NCBI GenBank assembly: GCA_040752415.1
Contig: JBFMGU010000038.1
Location: 1-54,279 of the forward strand
Direction of reading: 5' to 3'
Length of the DNA stretch: 54,279 bases
Source: Myxococcota bacterium
Lineage (GTDB): Bacteria; Myxococcota; JACRCW01
In this document: positions 19,730 to 29,021 of the stretch, piece after piece
Layout: each line of letters starts with the position of its first letter
Position numbering within the stretch: the stretch's first letter is position 1
Made by a program: the position numbers and the translations under genes
Notes under the pieces: generated by a model
What the model was told of the DNA's origin: nothing
The model's database searches: none
What the model saw: only the letters and a program-made list of their open reading frames with translations

Positions 19730-22162
19730 ATGCAACCGGCCATCCCGGACGTCGAGGGGTTGATCTTCCGGACCCTGCTCAAGAGCCCGGTCCCGGTGGC
19801 CATCTTCTCCTGGCGCAACGAGCCGAGCTGGCCGGTGGAGTTCGTCTCTCCCAACGTCCGCCACGTCCTGGGTTACGAGGCGGAGGACTTCCTGTCCGGG
19901 CGCGTGGTGTACGCCCAGATCGTGCACCCGGATGACCTGGCGCGCGTGGCCGACGAGGTGGCGCGGCACAGCGTCGTGGACGACGTGTTCGAGCACGCGG
20001 ACTACCGCATCCTGGACCCGGAAGGCCGGGTGCGCTGGGTGCGCGACCTCACCGCGGTGGTGCGCAACGCGGATGGCCGGGCCACGCACTTCCTGGGCTA
20101 CATCCTGGAATCCACCGCCCAACACGAAGCGCTGGAGGCCATGGCGCACGCCAAGCAGGAGGCGGAGGCCGCGGCCCGGGTCAAGAGCGAGTTCCTGGCC
20201 AACGTCAGCCACGAGGTGCGCACGCCGCTCACGCTCATCCTCGGGCCGCTGGAGGCGCTGCTGGCCGGGGAGGGCGGGGCGCTGCCTCCCGACGTCACGC
20301 GGCGCCTGGAGCGGGTGCAGCGCAACGCGGAGCGGCTCTACGTGCTGGTCAATGACCTGCTGGACTTCTCCCGCCTGGAGGCCGGCCGCGACGAGGTGCT
20401 GTGGGAGCCGGTGGACGTGGAGGCGCTCGTCTCCGCGCTGGTGGAGGAGGTGTCGCTGGTGGCGGAGTCCCGCGGGATCAACCTCTCCGCCGACATCCAC
20501 GGCCCCGCCACGCGCGTCCCCGCCGACCGCGGCAAGCTGGAGCAGATCATCCTGAACCTGCTGGGCAACGCCCTGAAGTTCACGCCGGCGGGGGGACGGG
20601 TGACGGTGACGGTGCGCGTTGACGACGACGCCACGGTGCTGCAGGTGGCCGACACCGGTCCGGGCATTCCCGCCGCGGAGCACGAGCGCATCTTCCAGCG
20701 CTTCGAGCAGGTGGACGCCTCCCAGACCCGACGTCACGGCGGCACCGGCCTGGGCCTGGCGCTGGTCAAGAAGCTCACCGAGGCCATGGGCGGCACGGTC
20801 TCGCTGAGCAGTGACGTGGGCAGGGGATCCTGCTTCACCGTGCGCATCCCGCGCTCCCCCGACCGCCTGGCCCCCGTGCTGGCCACGGAGTGGCGCGACC
20901 GCGCGACGCTGCGCCGGAACCGCCGGGCCCGGCTGCACGACGTGGCGCCGGCGGAAGAGGCCGCGGTGCCCCCGGTGAAGGGGGGACGCCCTTCCGTGCT
21001 GCTGGCCGAGGACAGCGCGGACATGCGCGCGTTCATGGCGGAGGTGCTCTCGGGAAGCTACGACGTGGAGGCGGTGGCCGACGGCGCCGCGGCGCTGCGG
21101 GCGGTGCGGTCTCACCGGCCGGAGGTCATTGTCTGCGACGTCATGATGCCGGAGCTGGACGGGCTGGAGGTGGTGCGCCAGCTCAAGGCCGACCCGGAGC
21201 TGCGTGCCATCCCGGTCATCCTGGTCACCGCCAAGGCCGGTCGACACGAGGTGGTGGGCGGGCTGGAGGCGGGCGCGGACGACTACCTGCCCAAGCCCTT
21301 CGACGCCACGGAGCTGCGCGCGCGGGTGCACGCGGCCCAGCGTCTGCACCAGGCCTACCGCGAGCTGGAACAGAAGCACCAGGACCTGCAGGCGGCCCAC
21401 CACGAGCTGCAGCAGACGCAGGAGCAGCTGGTGGAGTCCGGGCGCCTGGCCGCGGTGGGCATGGTGACCGCGGGCATCTCGCACGAGCTCAACAACCCCA
21501 TTGCCACCATCCTGCTCACCTCGGAGAAGCTGCTGCGCCAGGCCGCGCCGGGAACCCCGCTGCACCGCGGGCTCACGGTGATTGAGCGTCACACCACGCG
21601 CTGTCGCGACGTCATCCGCGCGCTGTTGGACTACGCGCGCAACCAACCGGCGCACAAGGAGCGCGTCCCGGCGTCGCGGCTGGTGGAGACGGTTGGCACG
21701 CTGGCCACCACGCATGCGCTGGGAGGCGGTGTGCGCGTGGAATGTCCCCCGCCGCCGCCCAACCTGCCCGAGGTGGAGGTGAACGTGCCGGAGATCGAGG
21801 CGGCGCTGCTCAACCTGCTCAGCAACGCGCTGGATGCCACGCCCTCGGGCGGCCGCGTCTCCGTGCAGGTGCGACCGCGCAGCTACCAGGGACGTCCCGG
21901 CGTGGTGCTCTCCGTGGCCGACACCGGTTCCGGGATCCCGGCGGAGGTCCTGCCGCACATCTTCGACCCGTTCTTCACCACCAAGGCGGGAGGCCGCGGC
22001 GCGGGTCTGGGACTGACGCTGGCGCAGCGCATGGTGCGCAAGGCGGGTGGCCACATCGAGGTGGAGACCGCCGCGGGGCGGGGCACCACCATGCGGGTCT
22101 GGCTTCCCTCGGGGCGGGCGCCGGTGGAGCAGCAGGCGCAGGCGCCAGGAGGTGCGGCGTGA
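19730..22162 (+). CDS. Hybrid histidine kinase PAS-HK-REC-HK
   Basis: PAS (IVHPDD..YRI..GRVRWVRD), SHEVRTPL/NALKFT/GGTGLGL, receiver CDVMMP..PKPF, second SHELNNP/NALDA/FFTTK/GAGLGL. Confidence 0.93.
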   Translation: MQPAIPDVEGLIFRTLLKSPVPVAIFSWRNEPSWPVEFVSPNVRHVLGYEAEDFLSGRVVYAQIVHPDDLARVADEVARHSVVDDVFEHADYRILDPEGRVRWVRDLTAVVRNADGRATHFLGYILESTAQHEALEAMAHAKQEAEAAARVKSEFLANVSHEVRTPLTLILGPLEALLAGEGGALPPDVTRRLERVQRNAERLYVLVNDLLDFSRLEAGRDEVLWEPVDVEALVSALVEEVSLVAESRGINLSADIHGPATRVPADRGKLEQIILNLLGNALKFTPAGGRVTVTVRVDDDATVLQVADTGPGIPAAEHERIFQRFEQVDASQTRRHGGTGLGLALVKKLTEAMGGTVSLSSDVGRGSCFTVRIPRSPDRLAPVLATEWRDRATLRRNRRARLHDVAPAEEAAVPPVKGGRPSVLLAEDSADMRAFMAEVLSGSYDVEAVADGAAALRAVRSHRPEVIVCDVMMPELDGLEVVRQLKADPELRAIPVILVTAKAGRHEVVGGLEAGADDYLPKPFDATELRARVHAAQRLHQAYRELEQKHQDLQAAHHELQQTQEQLVESGRLAAVGMVTAGISHELNNPIATILLTSEKLLRQAAPGTPLHRGLTVIERHTTRCRDVIRALLDYARNQPAHKERVPASRLVETVGTLATTHALGGGVRVECPPPPPNLPEVEVNVPEIEAALLNLLSNALDATPSGGRVSVQVRPRSYQGRPGVVLSVADTGSGIPAEVLPHIFDPFFTTKAGGRGAGLGLTLAQRMVRKAGGHIEVETAAGRGTTMRVWLPSGRAPVEQQAQAPGGAA

Positions 22163-22563
22163 GCACGGGAGTGCCTGCGCGTCCGCGCATCCTGCTCATT
22201 GACGACGAGCGGGACCTGCTGGAGGTGCTGGCCGCGGAGATGGAGGAGGCTGGTTACGACGTCACCTGCGTGGGCAGCGGCGCGGAGGCGCTGGAGTGCG
22301 CGCGCACCCAGCAGTTCGACCTCATCCTCACCGACTTCAAGATGCCGGGCATGGACGGGCTGCAGACGGTGGCGGCGCTGGCCGAGCAGAACCCCGCGCT
22401 GCACGCCATCCTGATGACGGGGTTCATCTCCGACGAGATGCGCTACGCGCTCAAGCAGCGGTGTTATCCGTGCCTGGAGAAACCCTTCCGCCTGGAGGAC
22501 CTGCTGCAGACGCTGGCGGGTGAGCTGCGGATGCCCGCGCCCAACCGCCACTCCCCGCACTGA
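22159..22563 (+). CDS. Single-domain response regulator
   Basis: ILLIDDE, LTDFKMPGMDG, MTG, EKPF; GTGA overlap with the kinase. Confidence 0.9.
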   Translation: MSTGVPARPRILLIDDERDLLEVLAAEMEEAGYDVTCVGSGAEALECARTQQFDLILTDFKMPGMDGLQTVAALAEQNPALHAILMTGFISDEMRYALKQRCYPCLEKPFRLEDLLQTLAGELRMPAPNRHSPH

Positions 22564-22566
22564 CGC

Positions 22567-24684
22567 CTATTCCGGCACGCAGTCCAGGCAGCGCAGCGTG
22601 AGGAGGTAGCCCAAGACCATCTGGTCCTGGTTGGACTCGGTGACCTGCAGCACGTAGTCCCCGCTGGCCGCGGGTTGCCACGACAACGCGGAGCAGGTGT
22701 TGAGACCGCCGTCGTCGTCCTCGGCGAGGTAGGCGAGGTCGGCGGTGAACAGGGTCAACACGGTGTCGGCGCTGTCCTGCTGGCTGGCGCACTCGCCCAC
22801 CGTGCCGAGCCAGGTCTCGAAGAGGTAGAGGTGGCCGGCCTCCAGCTGGAAGATGTAGTTGTCGACGTCGCCCACCGGCTCGACGTAGCCGCGCACACGC
22901 AGGTCCATGCCCACCGGCATGGGCGGGGTTTCGTTGGGCTCCAGCTCCTGCACGATCTCCAGCTCCAGCGCACAGTCGCTGCAGCCGTCACCCGTGGCGT
23001 CGTTTCCGTCGTCACATTCCTCTCCGGGGGTGACAACCTGGTTGCCGCACGCGGTGAGCGTGCAGTTGCCGTCGCAGCCGTCCCCGTCCACGAGGTTGCC
23101 GTCGTCGCATTCCTCGCCGGAGGTGAGCACGCCGTTGCCGCACCCGGTGGCGGTGCAGTTGTTGTCGCAGCCGTCGCCGTCGACGGTGTTGCCGTCGTCG
23201 CAGCGCTCATTGCCGGCGGGAATGCCGTTGCCGCAGGCGGTCAGCGTGCAGTTGCTGTCGCAGCCATCCCCGTTGACCGCGTTGCCGTCGTCGCACTGCT
23301 CGCCCTGCGTCACCACGCCGTTGCCGCAGCCGGTGAGGGTGCAGTTGTTGTCGCAGCCGTCGCCGTTGAGGGTGTTGCCGTCGTCGCACTGCTCCAGGGG
23401 GTTGACGCGGGAGTTGCCGCAGGTGGGCTCGGCGTCACAGATGGCGTTGCAGCCGTCGCCATTGGCCAGGTTCCCGTCGTCGCACTCCTCGCTGCCGGCC
23501 TGGTTTCCGTCGCCGCAGACGCTGAAGGGGGTGGCCGGGAACTCGCAGGCGAACGGGCTGGAGGTGGAGCAGCCCTGGTCGTTCCAGGCGCCGCCGGAAT
23601 AGAACTCCGCGCAGTCCTCATTGCCGCCGTATTGGTTGGGCTCGCCGGTGGTCCACGCCTGGTAGGTGAGCGCCTCGCGCGTGATGGGCATGAAGATGGA
23701 GCCCACCGTGTTGGCCTCGTACGCGAAGTCATGCAGGCCCATCCACATCCGGGTTGCGTTGGGCGGTCGCAGCGTGAGCACGAACTGCCGCTCCGCCAGG
23801 GACGAGATGACGACGAGGTGCCCGCCGAGATCCACGCAGGTCTGGAACGCGCCGGCCCAGTTCCGTGCGGTGGAGAACGTGGCGTAGCACTCTCCGGAAG
23901 GCCGCACTCCCACCGCGTAGGCGCCCGTTCCGGAGGCGCAGGTGAAGGTGCAATCCGTCTCGCAACCGTCGCCGTTGTTGCCGTTGCCGTCGTCGCATTC
24001 CTCCGTGCCCTCACGCGTGGCGTCGCCGCACACTGGCCCGCCCGACGAGGAAGATGAGCTGGTGGACGAGGAGGATGATGACGAGGAGGAGCTGCTGCTG
24101 GAGGACGCGCTGCTGGACGACGAGGACGCGCTGCTGGACGACGAGGACGCGCTGCTGGACGACGAGGACGCGCTGCTGGACGACGAGGACGCGCTGCTGG
24201 ACGACGAAGAGGCGCTGCTGGATGAAGCGGAGGACTGGGCCGAGGAGCTGGACGCAGCAGTGGAGCTGGTGGAGGTGGAGCCGGTGTCCGACGAACTGGA
24301 GCCACCCGTGGAGGAGGTGACACCGGCGGAGCCCGACGTGGCGGCGGCCGACGTGGAAGTGCCGGAGCTGGAGGAGCTGGTCGCCGTGGAGGACCCACTG
24401 CTCGAGCTGGCGGAGGAGGACGCGCTGGAGGAACTGCTGCTGCTCACGCCGGAGGAAGAGCTTGACGGGACCACGCCGGAGCTGGACGAGGTTCCCCGCA
24501 GCGACGTGGGGCTGCCCGGTTCACAGGCTCCCTCGGTGCACATCTCGTCTCCCGCGCAGTCTGCATCCGCGTTGCAGAGGGTCAGGCACTCGTCGCCACG
24601 CCGGACCTTGTTCTCCGGACACACCACACAGCCCAGCGCGTCCACCAGCAGGCACGACGTCACAAGCGCCAGAATCCGATGCAT
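22567..24684 (-). CDS. Cys-rich repeat (DUF4215-type) lipoprotein with C-type lectin and PPC-like domains
   Basis: Repeated CG(N/D)G...EECDDGN...GDGC, C-type lectin (WMGLHD..GEPNQYGGNEDC..WND), C-terminal ELEPN/EDDDGG domain, poly-Ser linker. Confidence 0.88.
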   Translation of the reverse strand: MHRILALVTSCLLVDALGCVVCPENKVRRGDECLTLCNADADCAGDEMCTEGACEPGSPTSLRGTSSSSGVVPSSSSSGVSSSSSSSASSSASSSSGSSTATSSSSSGTSTSAAATSGSAGVTSSTGGSSSSDTGSTSTSSTAASSSSAQSSASSSSASSSSSSASSSSSSASSSSSSASSSSSSASSSSSSASSSSSSSSSSSSSSTSSSSSSGGPVCGDATREGTEECDDGNGNNGDGCETDCTFTCASGTGAYAVGVRPSGECYATFSTARNWAGAFQTCVDLGGHLVVISSLAERQFVLTLRPPNATRMWMGLHDFAYEANTVGSIFMPITREALTYQAWTTGEPNQYGGNEDCAEFYSGGAWNDQGCSTSSPFACEFPATPFSVCGDGNQAGSEECDDGNLANGDGCNAICDAEPTCGNSRVNPLEQCDDGNTLNGDGCDNNCTLTGCGNGVVTQGEQCDDGNAVNGDGCDSNCTLTACGNGIPAGNERCDDGNTVDGDGCDNNCTATGCGNGVLTSGEECDDGNLVDGDGCDGNCTLTACGNQVVTPGEECDDGNDATGDGCSDCALELEIVQELEPNETPPMPVGMDLRVRGYVEPVGDVDNYIFQLEAGHLYLFETWLGTVGECASQQDSADTVLTLFTADLAYLAEDDDGGLNTCSALSWQPAASGDYVLQVTESNQDQMVLGYLLTLRCLDCVPE
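24101..24205. repeat. 21-nt tandem repeat, five perfect copies (Ser-rich linker)
   Basis: gaggacgcgctgctggacgac x5. Confidence 0.9.
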
Positions 24685-24778
24685 GGACGTGTGATAGCAC
24701 GGGCGCGTCGACGGCGCCCGTTCCCGGACTCGCGCAAGCCTGCAAAAGACCACGCCGGGGGTTTGCGGTAACAGAAGC

Positions 24779-26155
24779 CTAACGCAGGGTGTTGCCGGAG
24801 TTGGTCACCACCCGGTCCCGCAGCGGGGCACCCGCCTCCTCGACGACGACGCTGTAGGGCGGGACAAATGCCTCCACACCGGCGCAGCCCACGCCGAACT
24901 CCAACGGTGCGGTGCTGGCGGGATCCATCCAGGTCCCCGTCTCCAGGATGTCCCCGCCACTCTCACAGCGGGAGGCGTGGTTGGCCTGCGTGAAGCTCTC
25001 GAACTCGTGGGGATGACGACGCACCATCTGCCCCTCCAGGAGCATGCGGCCGTTGTCCTGGCACTGCGAGCCGAACGACTCATAATAGGGCTCGGTGAAG
25101 AACGGCCCGTACATGCGCCAGTCGTCCCAGAAATTGTTGAACAGGTGGAAGTGCCCGTGCCGGGCCTGCGGGTGACGACGTCCCGTCTGCAACGCGTAGC
25201 TGTGATGCACGGTGATGGTCTGCAGCGCATCCAGCGCCGGGTCCGCGTCCCCGTTGCCAAACAACATCACCTTCTCCCACCGCTCAAAGCGGCACCAGGC
25301 CACGGTGATGTTGCGACTGCCAAAGACCACCGAGATGGCCTCGTCCACGTACCGCGAGTCTCCGCCTTCCCCGGACTGCAGGAAGGCCAGGTGGTCGAGC
25401 ACCACGTTCTCGCTGGGGTCGGGCAGCGCGCTGCCGATCTGCACGCCGTCCTCGGAATCCGGCGCCACGTCGGAGATGGCCAGGTTGATGAGGATGACCT
25501 CGTCGGAACCGGGCAGCACGAACCCCTTGCCGCGCAGCGTGATGTCGTGGCCGCGTCCGTCGACGGTGACGTTGGAGGGGACGATCAGCGCGGTGACGAG
25601 CGCGATGACCCCGTCGACCGCGAAGGTGATGACGCGCGGAGCGCCGTTGGTGCGCAGGGCCTCGCGGAGGGTGCCCGTTCCGTCGTCGTCCAGTGACGTG
25701 ACCACCACGGTGTCATGGCCATCCTGCCATCCGCCGCGGGTTGCCGCGCCAAAGCCCGCAATGGGGAACGGCGTTCCCGCGGGACCGTAGCCGCCGGCGT
25801 CGGGCGTCACCGCGGCGTCGACCTCCGCGGCCGCGTCCGCGGGTGATGTCGCGTCGGTGGGGATGTTGGCGTCAAGGGGGACTGTGGCGTCGGGACGGGC
25901 GGCGTCAGCAGTGGGGATGCTGGCGTCGGTAACCGAAGCGTCAAGGCGGTTGGCGTCGGGACGCGCAGCGTCGGAGGAGGTGGCGTCTGGAAGCGCAGCG
26001 TCGGGAAGGGCGGCGTCGGCGCGCGCAGCGTCGGGCCGACCGGCATCCGCGCGGGACGCAGCGTCAGGAAGGGCCGCGTCCTCCGACGACGGGGAGGGCG
26101 TGGTGCACCCCAACGCCAGCAGGAATGCGAAGTGGATGGGATTCAAGCGTGTCAT
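24779..26155 (-). CDS. Pectate lyase-like (PL1) lipoprotein
   Basis: Lipobox ALGC, PDA linker, GFGAATRGG..VTSLDD.G.GTLREA, NVVLDH, KVMLFG, RHPQARHGHFHLFNN. Confidence 0.85.
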   Translation of the reverse strand: MTRLNPIHFAFLLALGCTTPSPSSEDAALPDAASRADAGRPDAARADAALPDAALPDATSSDAARPDANRLDASVTDASIPTADAARPDATVPLDANIPTDATSPADAAAEVDAAVTPDAGGYGPAGTPFPIAGFGAATRGGWQDGHDTVVVTSLDDDGTGTLREALRTNGAPRVITFAVDGVIALVTALIVPSNVTVDGRGHDITLRGKGFVLPGSDEVILINLAISDVAPDSEDGVQIGSALPDPSENVVLDHLAFLQSGEGGDSRYVDEAISVVFGSRNITVAWCRFERWEKVMLFGNGDADPALDALQTITVHHSYALQTGRRHPQARHGHFHLFNNFWDDWRMYGPFFTEPYYESFGSQCQDNGRMLLEGQMVRRHPHEFESFTQANHASRCESGGDILETGTWMDPASTAPLEFGVGCAGVEAFVPPYSVVVEEAGAPLRDRVVTNSGNTLR

Positions 26156-26169
26156 GCGATTCCTGGGTC

Positions 26170-26628
26170 TCACCCCGACGTCGATTCGGCCGTGGGTCTA
26201 TCACGGATGTAGAGCGTACCCTGCGCAATCGCCACCGGCTCCCCGTCGTTGTCGACGTCAATGCGCACCACGGCGAGCTTGCGCCGCAACGAGAGCACTC
26301 GACCGGTGGCGGTGACGCGTCCGGCGGTGACGGTGCTCAGGTAGTTCACCTTGAATTCCACCGTGGCCACCCACTTCCCCACCTCGACGAGCGGATAGAC
26401 CGTGATGGACAGGACGTGGTCAATCAGCCCGGCAATGACGCCGCCATGCATCATGCCCACGGCGTTGCCGAGCTCCGGGCGCAGCTCCACGCTGCAGCGC
26501 AACAGCCCCGGCTCCACGTGGTCCACCGTCATGCCCACGAGGGCGGGAAACCCTGCGCTCCGCGTGTACTCGCGCAGCGCGTCGGCCACCTTGGGGTTGT
26601 AGAGCTGCTGGAGGTCGGGGTCCGTCAT
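26170..26628 (-). CDS. PaaI-family thioesterase
   Basis: NAVGMMHGGVIAGLID, TVEFKVNYL. Confidence 0.9.
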   Translation of the reverse strand: MTDPDLQQLYNPKVADALREYTRSAGFPALVGMTVDHVEPGLLRCSVELRPELGNAVGMMHGGVIAGLIDHVLSITVYPLVEVGKWVATVEFKVNYLSTVTAGRVTATGRVLSLRRKLAVVRIDVDNDGEPVAIAQGTLYIRDRPTAESTSG

Positions 26629-26788
26629 GCTGGCAACGTTGCCCCGGTCCGCGAGGAGCCACAAGCGTCGTCACGTCCCCGCGGCCGTCACGGAGGACGG
26701 GACACGCGTTGCCTGGACGGTTCTCTGCGCCGGGTGGACGTGGCAGCTACATTCACCACGATTCCATTTCGCACAGGCGGTTCCCGTC

Positions 26789-27991
26789 GTGACCACGGTG
26801 GTCCTCTCGCCGTATGACGTGGCGCGCTACTCCGAAGGGGGTGGCCACTTCTGGGTGTACCTGCATTACGCGCTGGGCCTCCAGGACATCGGGTGCAACG
26901 TCTTGTGGTTGGAGAGCTACGTCGAGACCGGGGACCGCGACGACGACCGTGGAAAGCTCCGGACCCTGGCGGAACGCCTCAAGCGTCACGGGTTGCGGAA
27001 CGAGCCGATCTTCTACCCGCGCTCCACCCCGTCGACGCTTCGTTCCGCATCCGGGCTCTTCCAACGCGCCGAGCTCCTGATCAACTTCGAATACGCCATC
27101 CATCCCGACGTCCTCGCATGGTTCCGCCGGACGGCGCTGGTCGACATCGACCCCGGGATGCTCCAGTTCTGGATGGCCACCGGTCAGCTTCAAGTCCCCC
27201 ACCACGACGTCCATTTCACCACTGGTGAGAACATTGGCGCGCCGGGTGGACGCGTTCCCGACGCGGGTTGTCGCTGGCACGCCATCCGGCCCCCGGTGAG
27301 CCTGGCAGCGTGGCCCCGTGCCACCGGTCCCACCCACGGCGCCTTCACGACCATCTCAAGCTGGTGGGGCGGAAAAGGCCGCGGGGAGTGGATGGTGGTG
27401 GACCGGGAGAACGCGTTCTTCGAGAACAACAAGCGCACCACGTTCCTGGAGCTGGCCGACCTGCCCCTGCTGACGACGGAAACGCTCGAGCTCGCGCTGT
27501 CCATGGATGAGCAGTCCATCCTGGAGGCGCACGTTGCGCTGCAGGGTGAAACCGCCATTCCAAGCCGGTTGCGCGAGTACGCCTCCGAGGCGGAGGACTG
27601 CGCGTTCCTCCTGTCCCGCGGGTGGCGGATTCGAACGTCGCGGGAAGTGTCGCGCACGCCCGACGAGTACCAGCGGTACATCCAGCAGTCGCGAGGTGAA
27701 TTCAGCTGCGCCAAGCCCGCCTATGTCCGGTTCCAGAATGCGTGGGTGAGCGACAGGACGTTGTGCTACCTGGCCAGCGGTCGTCCCGCGGTGGTGCAAC
27801 ACACCGGGCCGAGCACCTTCCTTCCCGACGGAGAAGGCCTGTTCCGCTTCCGTACACTCCATGACGCCGCCACCGCGCTCGACGCCATCCAGGCCCACCA
27901 CGAACGTCACTGCCAGGCCGCGCGCGCCATCGCGGAGACCTGCTTTGACGCGCGCAAGGTGGTGGCGGGAATGCTGAACGTGGCGTTGTGA
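26789..27991 (+). CDS. Putative GT-B glycosyltransferase-like protein
   Basis: GGHFWVYLHYALGL N-terminus; C-terminal YIQQSRGEFSCAK..WVSDRTLCYLASGRPAVVQHTG. Confidence 0.6.
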   Translation: MTTVVLSPYDVARYSEGGGHFWVYLHYALGLQDIGCNVLWLESYVETGDRDDDRGKLRTLAERLKRHGLRNEPIFYPRSTPSTLRSASGLFQRAELLINFEYAIHPDVLAWFRRTALVDIDPGMLQFWMATGQLQVPHHDVHFTTGENIGAPGGRVPDAGCRWHAIRPPVSLAAWPRATGPTHGAFTTISSWWGGKGRGEWMVVDRENAFFENNKRTTFLELADLPLLTTETLELALSMDEQSILEAHVALQGETAIPSRLREYASEAEDCAFLLSRGWRIRTSREVSRTPDEYQRYIQQSRGEFSCAKPAYVRFQNAWVSDRTLCYLASGRPAVVQHTGPSTFLPDGEGLFRFRTLHDAATALDAIQAHHERHCQAARAIAETCFDARKVVAGMLNVAL

Positions 27992-27995
27992 GGGC

Positions 27996-29021
27996 TCAGG
28001 CGGCCTTCATGGTTTCAAACCACGTCTCCACCCGCGCCAGCTCGGAGAAGGCCCAGTCGACGTGGCCATCATGAACCGCAATCGCGGGCCAGATGAGTCG
28101 ATTGGTGATTCTCGCTTCCTCCTGCAGCGCGAAGATCTCGTGGAGGGTCCGCGCTTCCGGGAGCGTCCAGACGTATCGACCCAGCGCCTCCTGGTAGACG
28201 CTGAGCAACCGCGGTCGGGCTGACAACGGAAACCGATACAGAAACGTGGAGAGGTCATAGCTCGCGGGACCCAGCGCGGCGTGATCCCAGTCGATGAAAC
28301 ACGCGCGCAATCCGCCGGCCTCGTCACGAACCAGCACGTTCTTGGGCCAGCAATCACCGTGAACCAACGTGTCGGGACCGCCCAGGGAAAGCAGCTGGGC
28401 CCGACGTGGACTGTCGCTCCGCATGTCTTCCAGGCGGGATACGAGACGTTCGACGAGGATTCGTCGGTCGCGGGAGAGGAGGGCGGAGGGAACGGCGCGC
28501 AGGCTGGTGAGCGCGTCGGTGATGCTGGTGAGATGGAACCGCGCGCTGAGATCTCCGCCGTACAGACGGCATTCCGGAAGCAACGCGTGACCCACGAATC
28601 CCGCGTGAACCGCGGCCAGGGCCCGCAGCGCGTGCTCGACGTGGTCTGGAGGTGACCTCCCTGGCACCAGGCCATGGTCGCCGAGGTCTTCGTAGACATG
28701 CCAGACGCATTGGCCATGGGGGGCGGCCGCAACGCCGACGAGCGACGGCACCACGCGTCCCAGTCCCAGGGCCGGCAACCACCGTGTGGCGACGAGGTGA
28801 TTGCGACGAGCGATCTCCGGCCCGAGGTGCTTCACGATGACGGAGTGCGGAGCGCCATCCAGCGCCAGGCGGACCCGGTACACCTGGGACGCCAGGCGGA
28901 GCTGCTCGATCACCCTTCCCGACGAGCAGCGCGGGCGGAACAGGGCGTCGAGGACGCGCCGCAGCTCCTGGAGACCCGGCTTGCCCGTGGTGGCGAGCAA
29001 CGTGTCCAGTCCCGTGATCAT
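27996..29021 (-). CDS. Aminoglycoside phosphotransferase/choline kinase-like protein
   Basis: VIVK, YEDLG, Brenner motif LVHGDCWPKNVL, IDWD..ALGP.SYDL. Confidence 0.85.
   Translation of the reverse strand: MITGLDTLLATTGKPGLQELRRVLDALFRPRCSSGRVIEQLRLASQVYRVRLALDGAPHSVIVKHLGPEIARRNHLVATRWLPALGLGRVVPSLVGVAAAPHGQCVWHVYEDLGDHGLVPGRSPPDHVEHALRALAAVHAGFVGHALLPECRLYGGDLSARFHLTSITDALTSLRAVPSALLSRDRRILVERLVSRLEDMRSDSPRRAQLLSLGGPDTLVHGDCWPKNVLVRDEAGGLRACFIDWDHAALGPASYDLSTFLYRFPLSARPRLLSVYQEALGRYVWTLPEARTLHEIFALQEEARITNRLIWPAIAVHDGHVDWAFSELARVETWFETMKAA

Noticed and set aside
22880..23560. Regularly spaced repeats resembling a CRISPR array
   Set aside because: They are degenerate in-frame Cys-rich protein repeats, with no unique spacers and no cas genes.
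23942..24694. Acidic plus-strand ORF with DEDALLD repeats
   Set aside because: It is the antisense shadow of the poly-Ser linker in the minus-strand lipoprotein.
26714..26730. GG-N10-GC upstream of the GT-like gene
   Set aside because: Poor match to the sigma54 consensus; expected by chance at this GC content.
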